Positions 13,275-23,620 of a stretch of DNA of 64,000 bases are shown in pieces (position 1 is the stretch's first letter; each line of letters starts with the position of its first letter). Origin of the DNA: Selaginella moellendorffii (lineage: Eukaryota; Plantae; Lycopodiophyta); the NCBI RefSeq assembly GCF_000143415.4, contig NW_003314284.1:1616674-1680673 (forward strand). Reading direction: 5' to 3'. The position numbers and the translations under genes are program-made. The notes beneath the pieces are model-generated. The model worked only from the letters and a program-made list of their open reading frames with translations. It was not told the origin of the DNA and did no database searches.

Positions 13275-14977
13275 ATGGCGATTCCAGCGGTCAGCGCGTC
13301 CAAGATTGTGGTGCTGTGGCTTCTCCTCTCCTGGAATCTCTGCCTCGCGCACCAGCAGCAGTGGCAGCAGCAGCTCGGGTGGAGGCAGAAGAAGAAAATC
13401 TCCGGCCCCATCAAGACCGTGGTGGTGCTGGTGATGGAGAATCGCTCCTTCGATCATATGCTGGGCTGGCTCAAGAAGCTCAACCCGGAGATTGACGGGC
13501 TCCAGGGCAACGAGTCCAATCCCCTCTCCACCACCGATCCCGCGTCGCGAAAAATCTTCGTCGCCGACACGGCCGAATTCGTGGACCCCGACCCCGGGCA
13601 TTCGTTCCAGGCCATCACCGAGCAGGTCTTCGGCTCCAACGACACCTCCGCGATCCCCCCGCCCATGAATGGATTCGCGCAGCAGGCCGAGAGCATGGTG
13701 GAGGGCTTCTCCGAGACGGTGATGAAAGGCTTCCGCCCGGAGCTCGTCCCAGTCTACACAGCTCTGGCGATGGAGTTTGCAGTGTTTGATCGGTGGTTTG
13801 CGTCCACGCCGACGTCCACGCAGCCCAACCGGCTCTACGTCCACTCGGCCACCTCTTATGGGGAGATTAGCAACGTGAAGAAGGACCTGGTGAAAGGATT
13901 CCCGCAAAAGACCATCTACGATTCCTTGGACGAGGACGGTCTCTCGTTCGGGATCTACTACCAGAACATCCCGGCTTGCCTGTTCTTCAAGAACTTGCGC
14001 AAGCTCAAGTACCTGACCAAGTACCACAGCTACCGCGCGGCCTTCAAGCTCCATGCCCGTCTCGGGATGCTTCCAAACGTGGCGGTCATCGAGCAGCGCT
14101 ACTTTGATCTGGATCTCACTCCCGCCAATGACGATCATCCCTCGCACGACGTCTCCGAGGGCCAGAAGCTCGTCAAGGAGGTTTACGAGGCGCTGCGCAG
14201 CAGCCCGCAGTGGAACGAGGTGTTGTTCGTGATAACTTACGACGAGCATGGCGGGTTCTACGACCACGTCCCGACTCCAAACGTTGGAGTCCCGAATCCC
14301 GATGGTGTTTTGGGACCGGAGCCTGGCTTCTTTGATTTCGACAGGCTTGGAGTTCGTGTGCCGACGATCATGGTGTCGCCTTGGATCGAGAAAGGAACAG
14401 GTACTCTTTGTTTTATCGTTGTCATCCACTTAGTTTTTCTTCTGGCCCTTTGCAGTTGTCCATGAGCCAAATGGCCCGACGCCTACTTCACAGTTCGAGC
14501 ACTCGTCACTGGCAGCGACTATCAAGAAACTTTTTGATCTCAAGTCGGACTTTCTGACGAAGAGAGATGCCTGGGCGGGGACTTTCGAGAGCGTTGTCTC
14601 TGGTCGCAGCAGCCCCAGAACCGATTGTCCAGGTAGAAATTCGTGAGAGACAAGTGGATTTTATTCTTACTGTGAGCTTCTTTTCAGAGACGCTTCCAAC
14701 GCCTCCTTGGTCGCTTCGTCACAGGGCAGTGGATGAGGACGCGAAGCTGACCGAGTTCCAGGAAGAGCTGGTTCAGCTGGCGTCGCAGCTCAACGGCGAC
14801 CATCGGTTGAATGGCTACCCGAATTTCGGGAAGGGGATGAGCGTCCGGCAAGCGAACAATTACGTAGAAAGCGCGGTGAGGAAGTTCTTGGATGAAGGTC
14901 GGCTTGCTCTCAAATCGGGAGGACAAGCGGACGACACGACGATGTTGGATGTGAATATTAGAAAATCGACAGTGTAA
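13275..14977 (+). CDS. NPC1: Non-specific phospholipase C (phosphoesterase family), NPC1-like, 3 exons
   Basis: Signal peptide, then [45 protein letters not shown] and [14 protein letters not shown]. Introns at about 14401-14455 and 14633-14687. Confidence 0.93.
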
Positions 14978-15090
14978 AATCAAAACAATGGAATTAAACA
15001 ATTGTTAATTATGTAGTTTTCAAGGATCGATTAAAAGCTGTAAATTTGACAGTAAATCAAATAGTTGTTCTTGACAATTAATTCAAATAT

Positions 15091-15999
15091 TCATTTGATA
15101 CAAAGACGATGGGTATGAGTATTTGTTGCCCACCATATTTCTTTTGATGGTTTAGATGAATATATTACAAGATTACAATCATTCTGGACTGTTAAAAATG
15201 TAATAAACTTACAATGAGATAATTTAGAACAAAATTTATCAATAGACCATATTTTTTCTTCTAATGCTGAATATAATATAAGATTGCCATTTTTTTTCAA
15301 CAGAAGTTTACAAAATCCTTGATAAGTTCTTGAATTTTTAGATATCCATATATTATTCCTTCCAGAGTATAATAAAAGTTTACAATCAGATGATATATAA
15401 AGTATATTTTTACCATTTGGAGATATTAAAAAGTGAGAAGTTAATAAATGATCTCTAGGAAATCCAGCATATAACGTACTATGAGTAACATCACAATTTT
15501 TATAATCCAAATAAGCTAAGGGATTTGTAAGAGTAATTTCAAAATCATTTTGTATATTAGTATTATTCCACCATTCATCAATAATATATCTAAGTCTATA
15601 ATTACGACTTGTAATATCACACATGCTAGAACATGCATTGGTAATTTGATTTTTATATGTTCTTTTTATATACTGTATTCCAGATCTAATTGTACTACCA
15701 CTAATTTTAGAATTAGATACATCACCTACTAGACAATTTGGTGGGTTTCCAATCATTCGTTCAAATAAAATCAGAGCAGACCCTCTACCAAAATTTATAG
15801 ATTCCCAATCCTCATAATTAGCTGAATAATTATTATTGAATCTATCAATTCGTTGTTCAATACTTAAAAATCCATTCTCAACAATTCTTCTAACTTCATT
15901 CTCTAATAGTGTATTATTAATTCCCCAATGTACTTTTGACGGCCACCTACCATAAACTAACTCTAAAAACAAGATAGCTTTAATTAGAATTATTAGCAT
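15091..15999 (-). CDS. Secreted protein: signal peptide + unknown ~140-aa domain + C-terminal bulb-type (GNA) mannose-binding lectin domain
   Basis: Intact intronless 302-aa ORF with a hydrophobic N-terminus (MLIILIKAILFLELVYG). Lectin repeats SSDCKLLLY, KKNGNLILY and QNDCNLVIY. TATA-like tract about 60 bp upstream. Paralog at 50007-50888. Confidence 0.85.
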   Translation of the reverse strand: MLIILIKAILFLELVYGRWPSKVHWGINNTLLENEVRRIVENGFLSIEQRIDRFNNNYSANYEDWESINFGRGSALILFERMIGNPPNCLVGDVSNSKISGSTIRSGIQYIKRTYKNQITNACSSMCDITSRNYRLRYIIDEWWNNTNIQNDFEITLTNPLAYLDYKNCDVTHSTLYAGFPRDHLLTSHFLISPNGKNILYISSDCKLLLYSGRNNIWISKNSRTYQGFCKLLLKKNGNLILYSALEEKIWSIDKFCSKLSHCKFITFLTVQNDCNLVIYSSKPSKEIWWATNTHTHRLCIK

Positions 16000-16507
16000 T
16001 GTTATTTATTAAAGCAAGCAATTGTAAATTCAATTATGTGTGGTTATAAAAATTTGTATATATATAATCTCTATACATATTAATTCAATTGCTGAGAAAT
16101 TGCATAGACATTTATTGCACAATTAACCTAAAAACCCTAGCTTATGTACAAAAGTGAATAGTCCAGATTGAAAACTAACTCTATGGTTAATATTAGTATA
16201 TGACATTATAGCTATACACTTGGTCCTCATAAGCCCAATTTATAATAAATTATACATTTATTCTCTAACGATACTAACTATATGCATATGTAGTTCATTG
16301 TTAAATGACACAAATGCCCCTGTCTGGATGAGTGGTAAAATATGATTAAAGAGCAAGGTTCTAATGATAACATTTGGATATACTATTGAAATGAACTGGA
16401 ATGACCAAAACGATCTTTTGAATGACGTCCGCGTTTGGGTGGCGACCCATGCACGTACATGTCAAGGAGACTAACAGAGAGCACTTCTTTAACTAAAGTA
16501 TGGACCA

Positions 16508-18007
16508 ATGCGCCCAGATCGAAACGCACTCGTCCGGCGGATCAAATCATGCAGCAGCCTGCCTGCAGCAAGGGAACTCCATTCGCGCCTCTGCCAATCG
16601 CTAGCAATCGACTGCGACGCCCATCTGGAAAATCTGCTCATCGAGATGTATGGCCGCTGCGGCAGCGTCAGCGAGGCACGGCGTGTCTTCGATGGGATCA
16701 CGGCCAAGGACCACTTCACCTGGGTGCTCATGCTGGGAGCGTATGCCCGAGTCGGGCATCTCGAGGTCGCCAAGCAGATCTTCGACGCCATGCCGGACTG
16801 GAGCCTCATCGCCTCCACCGTGATGCTGTGCGTCTACTCCCGCCACGGCAGCTTCAAGGAATCGAAGATGCTCTTTGACTCGATGCCGGAGGTTGATCTT
16901 ATCTCCTGGACCGCGCTGCTCACCGCATTTTCCCGGCACGGGCATCTGGATCAGGCAAAGATTGTCTTCGAATCCATGCCGGAGCAAAATCTTGTCACCT
17001 GGAGCGCAATGCTATCAGGCTTCGCACGCAATGGTGACGTGGGTTCCGCAAGTAAAACGTTTGCATTGATGGAGGAGAGGGAGCTCATATCTTGGAATGG
17101 TCTCTTATCCGCGTATGCCCAGAATGGGCATCTGGATAAAGCAAAGAAAGTATTTGATTCCATGCCCGAGCACAACCTTGTATCTTTTACCTCGATTCTC
17201 TACGCGCTTTCGCAACAAAATAGACTCGAGCAAGCTCAACACATCTTTGATTGCGCTCCAGAGAGAGATCTAATCCTGTGGAACGCGATCCTTGGTGCAT
17301 ACGCCCAGGCCGGTGATCTTCCCCACGCATCCCGCGCCCTGGACGCCATGCCCGAGCGCGACCTGGTCTCCTGGACCGCGATCCTGTGCGCGCATGCCAA
17401 TAGCGGCGATCTGGATCGAGCCAAGGAGCTCTTCGATGCCATGGATCACCGCGACCCAATCCTCTGGAACACAATGCTCTCGGCATATGCCCAAAACGGG
17501 CAGCTCGCGGCATCCAGGGCACTCTTCGATCGCATCCCCGAGCTCCAGCCGGTGGCCTGGAACTCGCTTCTGGCGGCCTACGCCCACAACGGCCGCGCCA
17601 CCGCCGCGATCGACCTCTTTCTTGCCATGACAATGATCCATCTCCCGGACGAGATGGCGTTTGCGTGTGTGCTGCTCGCATCCAGCCACGGTGGCGAGAT
17701 TGAGCCCAGCATTGCGTGCTTTCGATCGATGGTGGCGGACTACTCAGTCAGGCCATACAAGCAGCACTACTGCAGCGTGATTGATTTGCTTGCGCGGCTG
17801 GGCCGGCTCGAGGAGAGCGAGGAGCTCATCACGAGCATGCCGTACAAGCCCGAGGTGGTGGACTGGCGATGCCTGCTGGGCGCATGCGCCCGTGGTCGAA
17901 CCCTCAATCAGGAAAGAGGCGTGCGGGCCACAAAGAGGATTTTGGAGATTGATCGCCAGAATGTTGGCGCACTTGTTCTAGCTTCAAGCCAAGGTTACAA
18001 AATTTAA
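16508..18007 (+). CDS. PLS-class PPR protein with tandem 31-aa S-type motifs and C-terminal E domain, no DYW
   Basis: Repeated FDAMPER(D/N)L(V/I)SW..(L/I)..AYAQ.G units, then HYCSVIDLLARLGRLEESEELITSMPYKPEVVDWRCLLGAC. Intronless. Confidence 0.93.
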   Translation: MRPDRNALVRRIKSCSSLPAARELHSRLCQSLAIDCDAHLENLLIEMYGRCGSVSEARRVFDGITAKDHFTWVLMLGAYARVGHLEVAKQIFDAMPDWSLIASTVMLCVYSRHGSFKESKMLFDSMPEVDLISWTALLTAFSRHGHLDQAKIVFESMPEQNLVTWSAMLSGFARNGDVGSASKTFALMEERELISWNGLLSAYAQNGHLDKAKKVFDSMPEHNLVSFTSILYALSQQNRLEQAQHIFDCAPERDLILWNAILGAYAQAGDLPHASRALDAMPERDLVSWTAILCAHANSGDLDRAKELFDAMDHRDPILWNTMLSAYAQNGQLAASRALFDRIPELQPVAWNSLLAAYAHNGRATAAIDLFLAMTMIHLPDEMAFACVLLASSHGGEIEPSIACFRSMVADYSVRPYKQHYCSVIDLLARLGRLEESEELITSMPYKPEVVDWRCLLGACARGRTLNQERGVRATKRILEIDRQNVGALVLASSQGYKI

Positions 18008-18231
18008 AAAATATTTTTTTCTAAAATTTGCTGTGACATCTTAGACTCCTTGGACTCACTTTCGGACTCGTTCATTGAATTGATAATTATAAAACAACCA
18101 TTAAATGGTAGAATAAAATTAAAATATACCAGAAAGTGTTTTATAAATACAAAATTAATCTAAATGAATAACAACCGTCAGATGGTTAAACATCCCAAAA
18201 TATTCAAGCATATTCCATTGGTTTGGTACAG

Positions 18232-20268
18232 TCACATATCCGCAACAGACCACAGATACGCCGTGTCCACCATCGCCTTCTTCTCGTTCTGCTGCTTGAA
18301 CAGCTTCTCCTCAAACCCATTGCTGCGATCCACGCCATCCCAGTGCCTCCCCGGCCGGATGTTATACCGGTTTGGCGTCGCGGCGTGGCCGCGCTTGAGC
18401 CAGCTATGGGCCGGCACTCCCTGCGGAACGTTAAACCCGGACTCCCTCATCTTGTCGCTCCTGCCAAAGTCTTCCAGCCCCAGCAGTACCTCGTCCGTCT
18501 GCTTCACCAGATGAGCCATGGGATCCCCCCAGCGCACTCTGTTCTTGTAGATGGCGTCCAGATCGTCCTTGCTGCGAGCAAAAGGCTTGTCTTTCTCGGC
18601 CTCGATCTCCTCCCGCCGCTTCTCGGCCTCCCTCTTCTGCGCCAGCCCCGTCCCCCACTCGAGCGGCTTCTCCGGCTCCTTGGCAGGGCCTTTCTGCTGC
18701 TTCATCAGCTCCTCCAGCCCCGCCAGCCTCCGCCCGTGCTTGTCCCTGTATACCGTCTCGGCACCACGCCCCGTGAGCGTCGAGTCGAGCTGCTTGAATC
18801 TCCTCGCGTCCTGGGACTGCTTCTCGGTTATCTCGTGCCGGAGCTCCGAGCCTGTCTTGAGCCCGGCCTTGGCCTTGTCCGAGGCGTCGTCAACCCGGCC
18901 ACGCCGTGGTGGTGAGAGGTCGCTGGTGCTCCGACGACGAGGCGGAGATAGATCTTCTCCCCGGCTTCGACGAGGTGGAGATAAGTCCCCGCCGCCACCT
19001 TTGCGACGAGGAGATAAATCCCTTCCACTCTTCCGGCGAGGCGGAGATAAGTCCTCGGTGTCTGTCCGCTGCCTGCGACGGGGTGGAGATAAGTCACTGC
19101 CGCCAGCTTTGCGACGACGCGGAGATAAGTCGCTTCCATTCCTCCGGCGAGGAGGAGACAAGTCCTCCCTGCGACGGGGTGGAGATGTGTCTGTCCGTGG
19201 CCTGTGACGGGGTGGAGATAAGTCACCGCCGCCAGCTTTGCGACGAGGAGATAAGTCGCTTCCACTCCTTCGGCGTGGCGGGGATAAGTCCTCAGTGTCT
19301 GTCCGCTGCCTACGACGGGGTGGAGATAAGTCGTCGCCGCCAGCTTTGCTCCGGCGTGGCGGGGATAAGTCCTCGGTGTCTCTCCGCTGTCTCCGACGGG
19401 GGGGAGATAAATCTACTACTTCTTCTGCCTGGTTTCTTCCACGAGGACTCTCAGACCGCCGCCGCCGCCTCCGTGGCGGAGATAAATCTTCTGCCTCTGC
19501 TTGGCTCCTTCTTCGACGAGGAGGACTCTCTGATGCGTCTCTCCGCCGAAGAGGAGATAAATCTTGTTGCCTGCTTCGACGAGGAGGAGATAAGTCCGTT
19601 AAGTCGGCTTCGCTTCTACGAGGTGGCGATAAATCCTCGTCTCCACTCCGAGCAGGAGATCCACCACCTCGAGACCGTCGTGCTGGAGACAAATCTGGAG
19701 TGTCCTGACGAGTACGTCGAGGTGGTGTTAGGTCCTCCTGGTCGCGCCTTCGTCGTGGAGGAGACAAGTCTTCACGAGATCGAGAGCGGCGAGGAGGAGA
19801 TAAATCTTCACGAGCTGGAGTTCCGTCTGGTGTGTCCTGACGAGTCCGGCGAGGGGGAGATAGATCTTCCCGAGCTGGAGAATGATCCGGCGTGTCCAGA
19901 CGAGCCCGGCGAGGGCCCCGAGCCGGAGACAAATCGTCCGCGCATTTCTTCCCTGAAGTAACATCCACCCAGCCGCTGCCATCGTCGCCAATGGCGAGAT
20001 AAGTCCTTCGCCGCAGGAGCTCCATTCGCTTGGCCCGCGTTACCTCGTCGTCCTCCTCCACGATCGTCGGGGCCTCCTCCTCGCCCTCGTCGGAATCGTT
20101 GAGCTTCTTCTGCCACTCTGCGTCGTCGTCCACGATCATCACGCCCTGGAATTTGCCCTTACCCGCGCTCGCCGGTGCCGGATCCTTCTTCTTCTTCTTC
20201 GCCTTCTTGGGCTTGAGATCGAAGCTGTCCTTCACGGCGCCATAGCGCTTGCTGAGATACGCCTCCAT
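18232..20268 (-). CDS. BUD13: BUD13/CWC26 homolog (RES complex splicing factor), intronless
   Basis: MEAYLSKRY N-terminus (ATG at 20268), more than 20 DLSPPRR-type repeats, and a C-terminal Bud13 domain (GRGAETVYRD, WGTGLAQ, RWGDPMA, PNRYNIRPGRHWDGVDRSNGFE). Confidence 0.95.
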   Translation of the reverse strand: MEAYLSKRYGAVKDSFDLKPKKAKKKKKDPAPASAGKGKFQGVMIVDDDAEWQKKLNDSDEGEEEAPTIVEEDDEVTRAKRMELLRRRTYLAIGDDGSGWVDVTSGKKCADDLSPARGPRRARLDTPDHSPAREDLSPPRRTRQDTPDGTPAREDLSPPRRSRSREDLSPPRRRRDQEDLTPPRRTRQDTPDLSPARRSRGGGSPARSGDEDLSPPRRSEADLTDLSPPRRSRQQDLSPLRRRDASESPPRRRRSQAEAEDLSPPRRRRRRSESPRGRNQAEEVVDLSPPRRRQRRDTEDLSPPRRSKAGGDDLSPPRRRQRTDTEDLSPPRRRSGSDLSPRRKAGGGDLSPPRHRPRTDTSPPRRREDLSPPRRRNGSDLSPRRRKAGGSDLSPPRRRQRTDTEDLSPPRRKSGRDLSPRRKGGGGDLSPPRRSRGEDLSPPRRRSTSDLSPPRRGRVDDASDKAKAGLKTGSELRHEITEKQSQDARRFKQLDSTLTGRGAETVYRDKHGRRLAGLEELMKQQKGPAKEPEKPLEWGTGLAQKREAEKRREEIEAEKDKPFARSKDDLDAIYKNRVRWGDPMAHLVKQTDEVLLGLEDFGRSDKMRESGFNVPQGVPAHSWLKRGHAATPNRYNIRPGRHWDGVDRSNGFEEKLFKQQNEKKAMVDTAYLWSVADM
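18900..19930 (-). repeat. Coding minisatellite encoding BUD13 DLSPPRR repeats
   Basis: Recurrent cgacggggtggagataagtc-like units on the + strand, with higher-order duplications at 18950-19420. Confidence 0.9.
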
Positions 20269-20375
20269 TTCTACTCTGGAACTCACCTCCCAGGAACCCT
20301 AGTTCTTGAAGCCCTAGAACTAGTTTTTAAACCCTTATGATAAACCCTAAGGGAAATCAAATGTAGCGCGCGGCT
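20269..20375. promoter_or_regulatory. Putative bidirectional promoter (BUD13/PPR) with teloboxes
   Basis: 107 bp between divergent ATGs; contains aaaccctaa, aaccctag and aaacccttat. Confidence 0.55.
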
Positions 20376-22847
20376 ATGGCGTTCGTCTCGGCGATCGGCT
20401 CTTCCTGTCGCTGCTCGGCCGCGGGGCAGCACATTCCAGAGCTTGCTCCAGCGCCGATCGCTCCGGTAAGAATCTCCTCCCCTTCTTCGATCGAGGAGGC
20501 GGCCGCGGCAGTGAGATTGAAAGTCTCGGACAAGTCTCCTCCTGAGGCTGCTCTTCTTCCATCCCAGAGCCTGGAAGCGATCTTCGGCAGCAGCGGCAGT
20601 GGCAGCGCTGGTAGCGAGCGAAGATTTCCCCTGCCGAAGCAACGGCTGGGCGCCCTGGCGCGCTATCCTCCGGAGGGCAAGCCCTGCGACGTGTCGGAGG
20701 CGGCGCATTCGCTGCTCGCATCAATCTCTAAGCAGGAGGATTCTTCCGACGCCACGGAGCTGCTGGAATTCATCGCCGGCGAGCTCGTCCTCACGGATTC
20801 CGAGCTCGTCTACTTTGTCAAGGCGCTGGGACGCCAGGGAAAGTGGAAGAAGGCGCTGGAAGTCTTCGAATGGATCAGGAAACACGACTGCTTCAAGCTC
20901 CGGGGCGTCGCCACCGCGTCCATCCTCAGCGTCTTGGGCAACCATGAACAGCTCCCCGCGGCCCTGGAGCTCTTCGAGAGCCTCAAGCAGGACGAGAGCT
21001 ACAGTCTGGACGTGTACGCTTACACCTCGCTCATCAGCATCCTCTCGAGAGCCCGGCGATTCGACGAAGGCATCACTCTCTTCGAGACCATGCAACGAGA
21101 AGGCCAGCGAGGGAATGCGGTGACTTACAACGTGATGCTGGACCTCTACGGTAAAAGAGGGGACTCGTGGGACAGGATTCAGTCGCTCTTCCAGGAGATG
21201 AAAGATCTCGAGATCTCTCCCGACGACTACACGTACAACACCATGATCACGGCGTGCATCCAGAACAGCCACTGCCAGGAAGCGCTACGACTCTTCCAGG
21301 AGATGAAGGAAGCCGGCTGTTGTCCAAACCGTGTGACTTACAACGCGCTGCTCGACGTCTATGGGAAGGGCGGCATGCACAAGGAGGCCTCGGAGTTGCT
21401 CGTCGAGATGGAGGCCGCCGGGATCTCTCCAAACATCGTGACTTACAACGAGCTCATTGCGGCCTACGCCAGAGCCGGGCTTTGCGACGAGGCGGCCGCT
21501 CTGAAGAAGAGCCTGCTCTCCAAAGGCCTGTGTCCGGACGAGTTCACGTACTGCACTCTCATCTCGGCTTTCAACCGTGCGGAGCGGTATGAGAAGGCTC
21601 TGGAGACGTTCACGGAGATGAGAAAGACGAACTGCACGCCCAACATCGTGACTTACAACATCTTGATCGACATCTACGGCCGGATGGAGAAGCTGGACGA
21701 CATGATGAAAGTTTTCAAGTTCATGCAAGAGAAGAACTGCACCCCGGACCTGGTGACTTGGAACTCGCTGCTCAAGTCGTTTGGCAACTGCGGGATGCTC
21801 ACGGAGGTGTCCAACGTCTTCAGGGAGATGAAGAGAGCGGGATACATGCCAGGGGTGGACACTTTCAACATCCTGATAGAGTGCTACGGCAGGTGTGGCT
21901 ACGTCGACTACTCGGTGGACATCTACAAGGGACTACTCAGGACAGGATTGCAGCCAACAGTGCCGACTTTCGCCGCACTCATGGCCTCGCTCGCTCGGGA
22001 AGGACGGTGGCAGCAGTGCGAGAAAGTCTCGCAGGAGATGGCCGAGGCCGGGCTCCAGCTGAGCGACGCTTGCCACGCCGGGCTCATCCACTCGTACGCC
22101 AACAGCGGCCAGTTCTTCCAGCTGCGGAAGTACATCGACGAGCTGGAGAAGTCGGCCAAGCAGCCACTGAGCGGCATCCTGTGCAAGACGTTCGTGCTCG
22201 CCTACTGCAAGTGTGGCATGGACAACGAGGCCCAGCTCGCGCTCAACCAGCTCTACGACAACGGCCACTCGCCGGACATCAAAGTCTTCAACGCCATGAT
22301 CTCGATGTGCGCCAAGCGGGGGTGGATCGAGCGCGCGGTGAAACTCCTGGAAGAGATCCGGAAGGCGCAGCTCAAGCCCGACGGCGTGACCTACAACTGC
22401 TTGATGAGCATGTATGGACGGGAAGGGATGTACTACAAAGCCGAGGAGGTGATGAGCGAGATGCGAAGAGCAGGCAAAGCTCCCAACTTGATCACTTACA
22501 ACACGCTGCTCTACTCGTACACCAAGCACGGCAGGATGGACGACGCGGCCCGGGTGTTTGGAGACATGGTGGCTGCTCGCGTGAGGCCGGACAACTTCAC
22601 TTTCAACACGCTGGTGGGGAGCTACTCGAGCTTGGGGCTGTACAAGGAGGCGCTGAGCGTGATCGAGTACATGACCGAGCATGGCTGCCAGCCGACGCAG
22701 ATAACTTTCAAGGCCCTCCTGGATGGATACAACAGGAACGCTTCGCCTTCGAGGAAGAAGCCAGGCGGTGATGGTGGTGGAAGGCCGATCGAGATGATCA
22801 AAGAGCTGGATCCTGCTAAGAACATCCACGAGTTCCATCCGGCGTGA
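20376..22847 (+). CDS. P-class pentatricopeptide repeat protein, likely plastid-targeted, intronless
   Basis: Ser/Ala-rich N-terminal transit-like region followed by many 35-aa motifs such as VTYNALLDVYGKGGMHKEASELLVEMEAAGISPNI. Confidence 0.95.
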   Translation: MAFVSAIGSSCRCSAAGQHIPELAPAPIAPVRISSPSSIEEAAAAVRLKVSDKSPPEAALLPSQSLEAIFGSSGSGSAGSERRFPLPKQRLGALARYPPEGKPCDVSEAAHSLLASISKQEDSSDATELLEFIAGELVLTDSELVYFVKALGRQGKWKKALEVFEWIRKHDCFKLRGVATASILSVLGNHEQLPAALELFESLKQDESYSLDVYAYTSLISILSRARRFDEGITLFETMQREGQRGNAVTYNVMLDLYGKRGDSWDRIQSLFQEMKDLEISPDDYTYNTMITACIQNSHCQEALRLFQEMKEAGCCPNRVTYNALLDVYGKGGMHKEASELLVEMEAAGISPNIVTYNELIAAYARAGLCDEAAALKKSLLSKGLCPDEFTYCTLISAFNRAERYEKALETFTEMRKTNCTPNIVTYNILIDIYGRMEKLDDMMKVFKFMQEKNCTPDLVTWNSLLKSFGNCGMLTEVSNVFREMKRAGYMPGVDTFNILIECYGRCGYVDYSVDIYKGLLRTGLQPTVPTFAALMASLAREGRWQQCEKVSQEMAEAGLQLSDACHAGLIHSYANSGQFFQLRKYIDELEKSAKQPLSGILCKTFVLAYCKCGMDNEAQLALNQLYDNGHSPDIKVFNAMISMCAKRGWIERAVKLLEEIRKAQLKPDGVTYNCLMSMYGREGMYYKAEEVMSEMRRAGKAPNLITYNTLLYSYTKHGRMDDAARVFGDMVAARVRPDNFTFNTLVGSYSSLGLYKEALSVIEYMTEHGCQPTQITFKALLDGYNRNASPSRKKPGGDGGGRPIEMIKELDPAKNIHEFHPA

Positions 22848-23052
22848 TTGGCCGATCGATCCATCGGCCGCCAAAGCGATCGAGGAGAGTGAGCAATCTC
22901 TGGTCGAAGGAGACGAGTTTTGACGGGGAGATTTTTCTGTAGATAAGCTCATCTAAGGTTTAATGGAATATACCTTTATTTGATAGAATCTGGGTTCTAG
23001 AAAACTCTTTCCAGGGTTTTAGACGAAGCCGGGATTTTAGGGTTTGTTGACG

Positions 23053-23482
23053 ATGGCGGCTTTCGCGAAGCTCGCTCCCCTTCTCGACAGAGTGCTCGTG
23101 GAGAAGTTTATTCCTCCGGCGGCGTCGATGGGCGGGGTCTTGCTGCCGGATTCACTGACCAAGGTAGAGTGGTTGCTCGATTCTTCCTCCTTTTTGTGTG
23201 AGATTTGGCCATTGTTGCGCAGTACAATTCGGGAACAGTGATTGCCACTGGGAAGCGGCGCCTCCGGGACGGGCAGATGATTCCTCTTTGCGTCAAGGAA
23301 GGGGACGAGGTTCTCCTGCCCGAGCACGGCGGCAAAGTTGTCAAGCTCGGCCAAAAAGAGTGAGTGGTTTTATTCTTTCCTTCCCTCGACAGATGTTTGA
23401 TTTGATTGCTTCGTCCAGATATACGCTCTATCGCGAGGAGGAGCTCCTGGGCATTCTCGTGGACGATGATTCTAAGAAGTGA
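23053..23482 (+). CDS. CPN10: 10 kDa chaperonin (CPN10/GroES-like), 3 exons
   Basis: MAAFAKLAPLLDRVLVEK..GGVLLP, then YNSGTVIATG..VKEGDEVLLPEHGG, then YTLYREEELLGIL, joined by GT-AG introns. Confidence 0.9.
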
Positions 23483-23620
23483 TCACACCCAACGATGTTA
23501 TGGTGTGTTTGACAGTGCGAGACATTTTATCAAAACATCTTGGCAAAGTTTTTACTCAGATTTACATGGCTGATCATAGTTGTGTTAGTTTTCTTATCCA
23601 AAACCACGAATCTCGATCGA

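Noticed and set aside
12921-14429. 502-aa minus-strand ORF and similar long antisense or alternate-frame ORFs (18906-19961, 21758-22771, 21933-22952, 40781-41899)
   Set aside because: They are shadows of GC-rich real genes (NPC1, BUD13, PPR, PHT4;6) and have no recognisable motifs.
18900-19930. Regularly spaced repeats resembling a CRISPR array
   Set aside because: The units are in-frame coding repeats of BUD13 in a eukaryotic locus with no cas genes.
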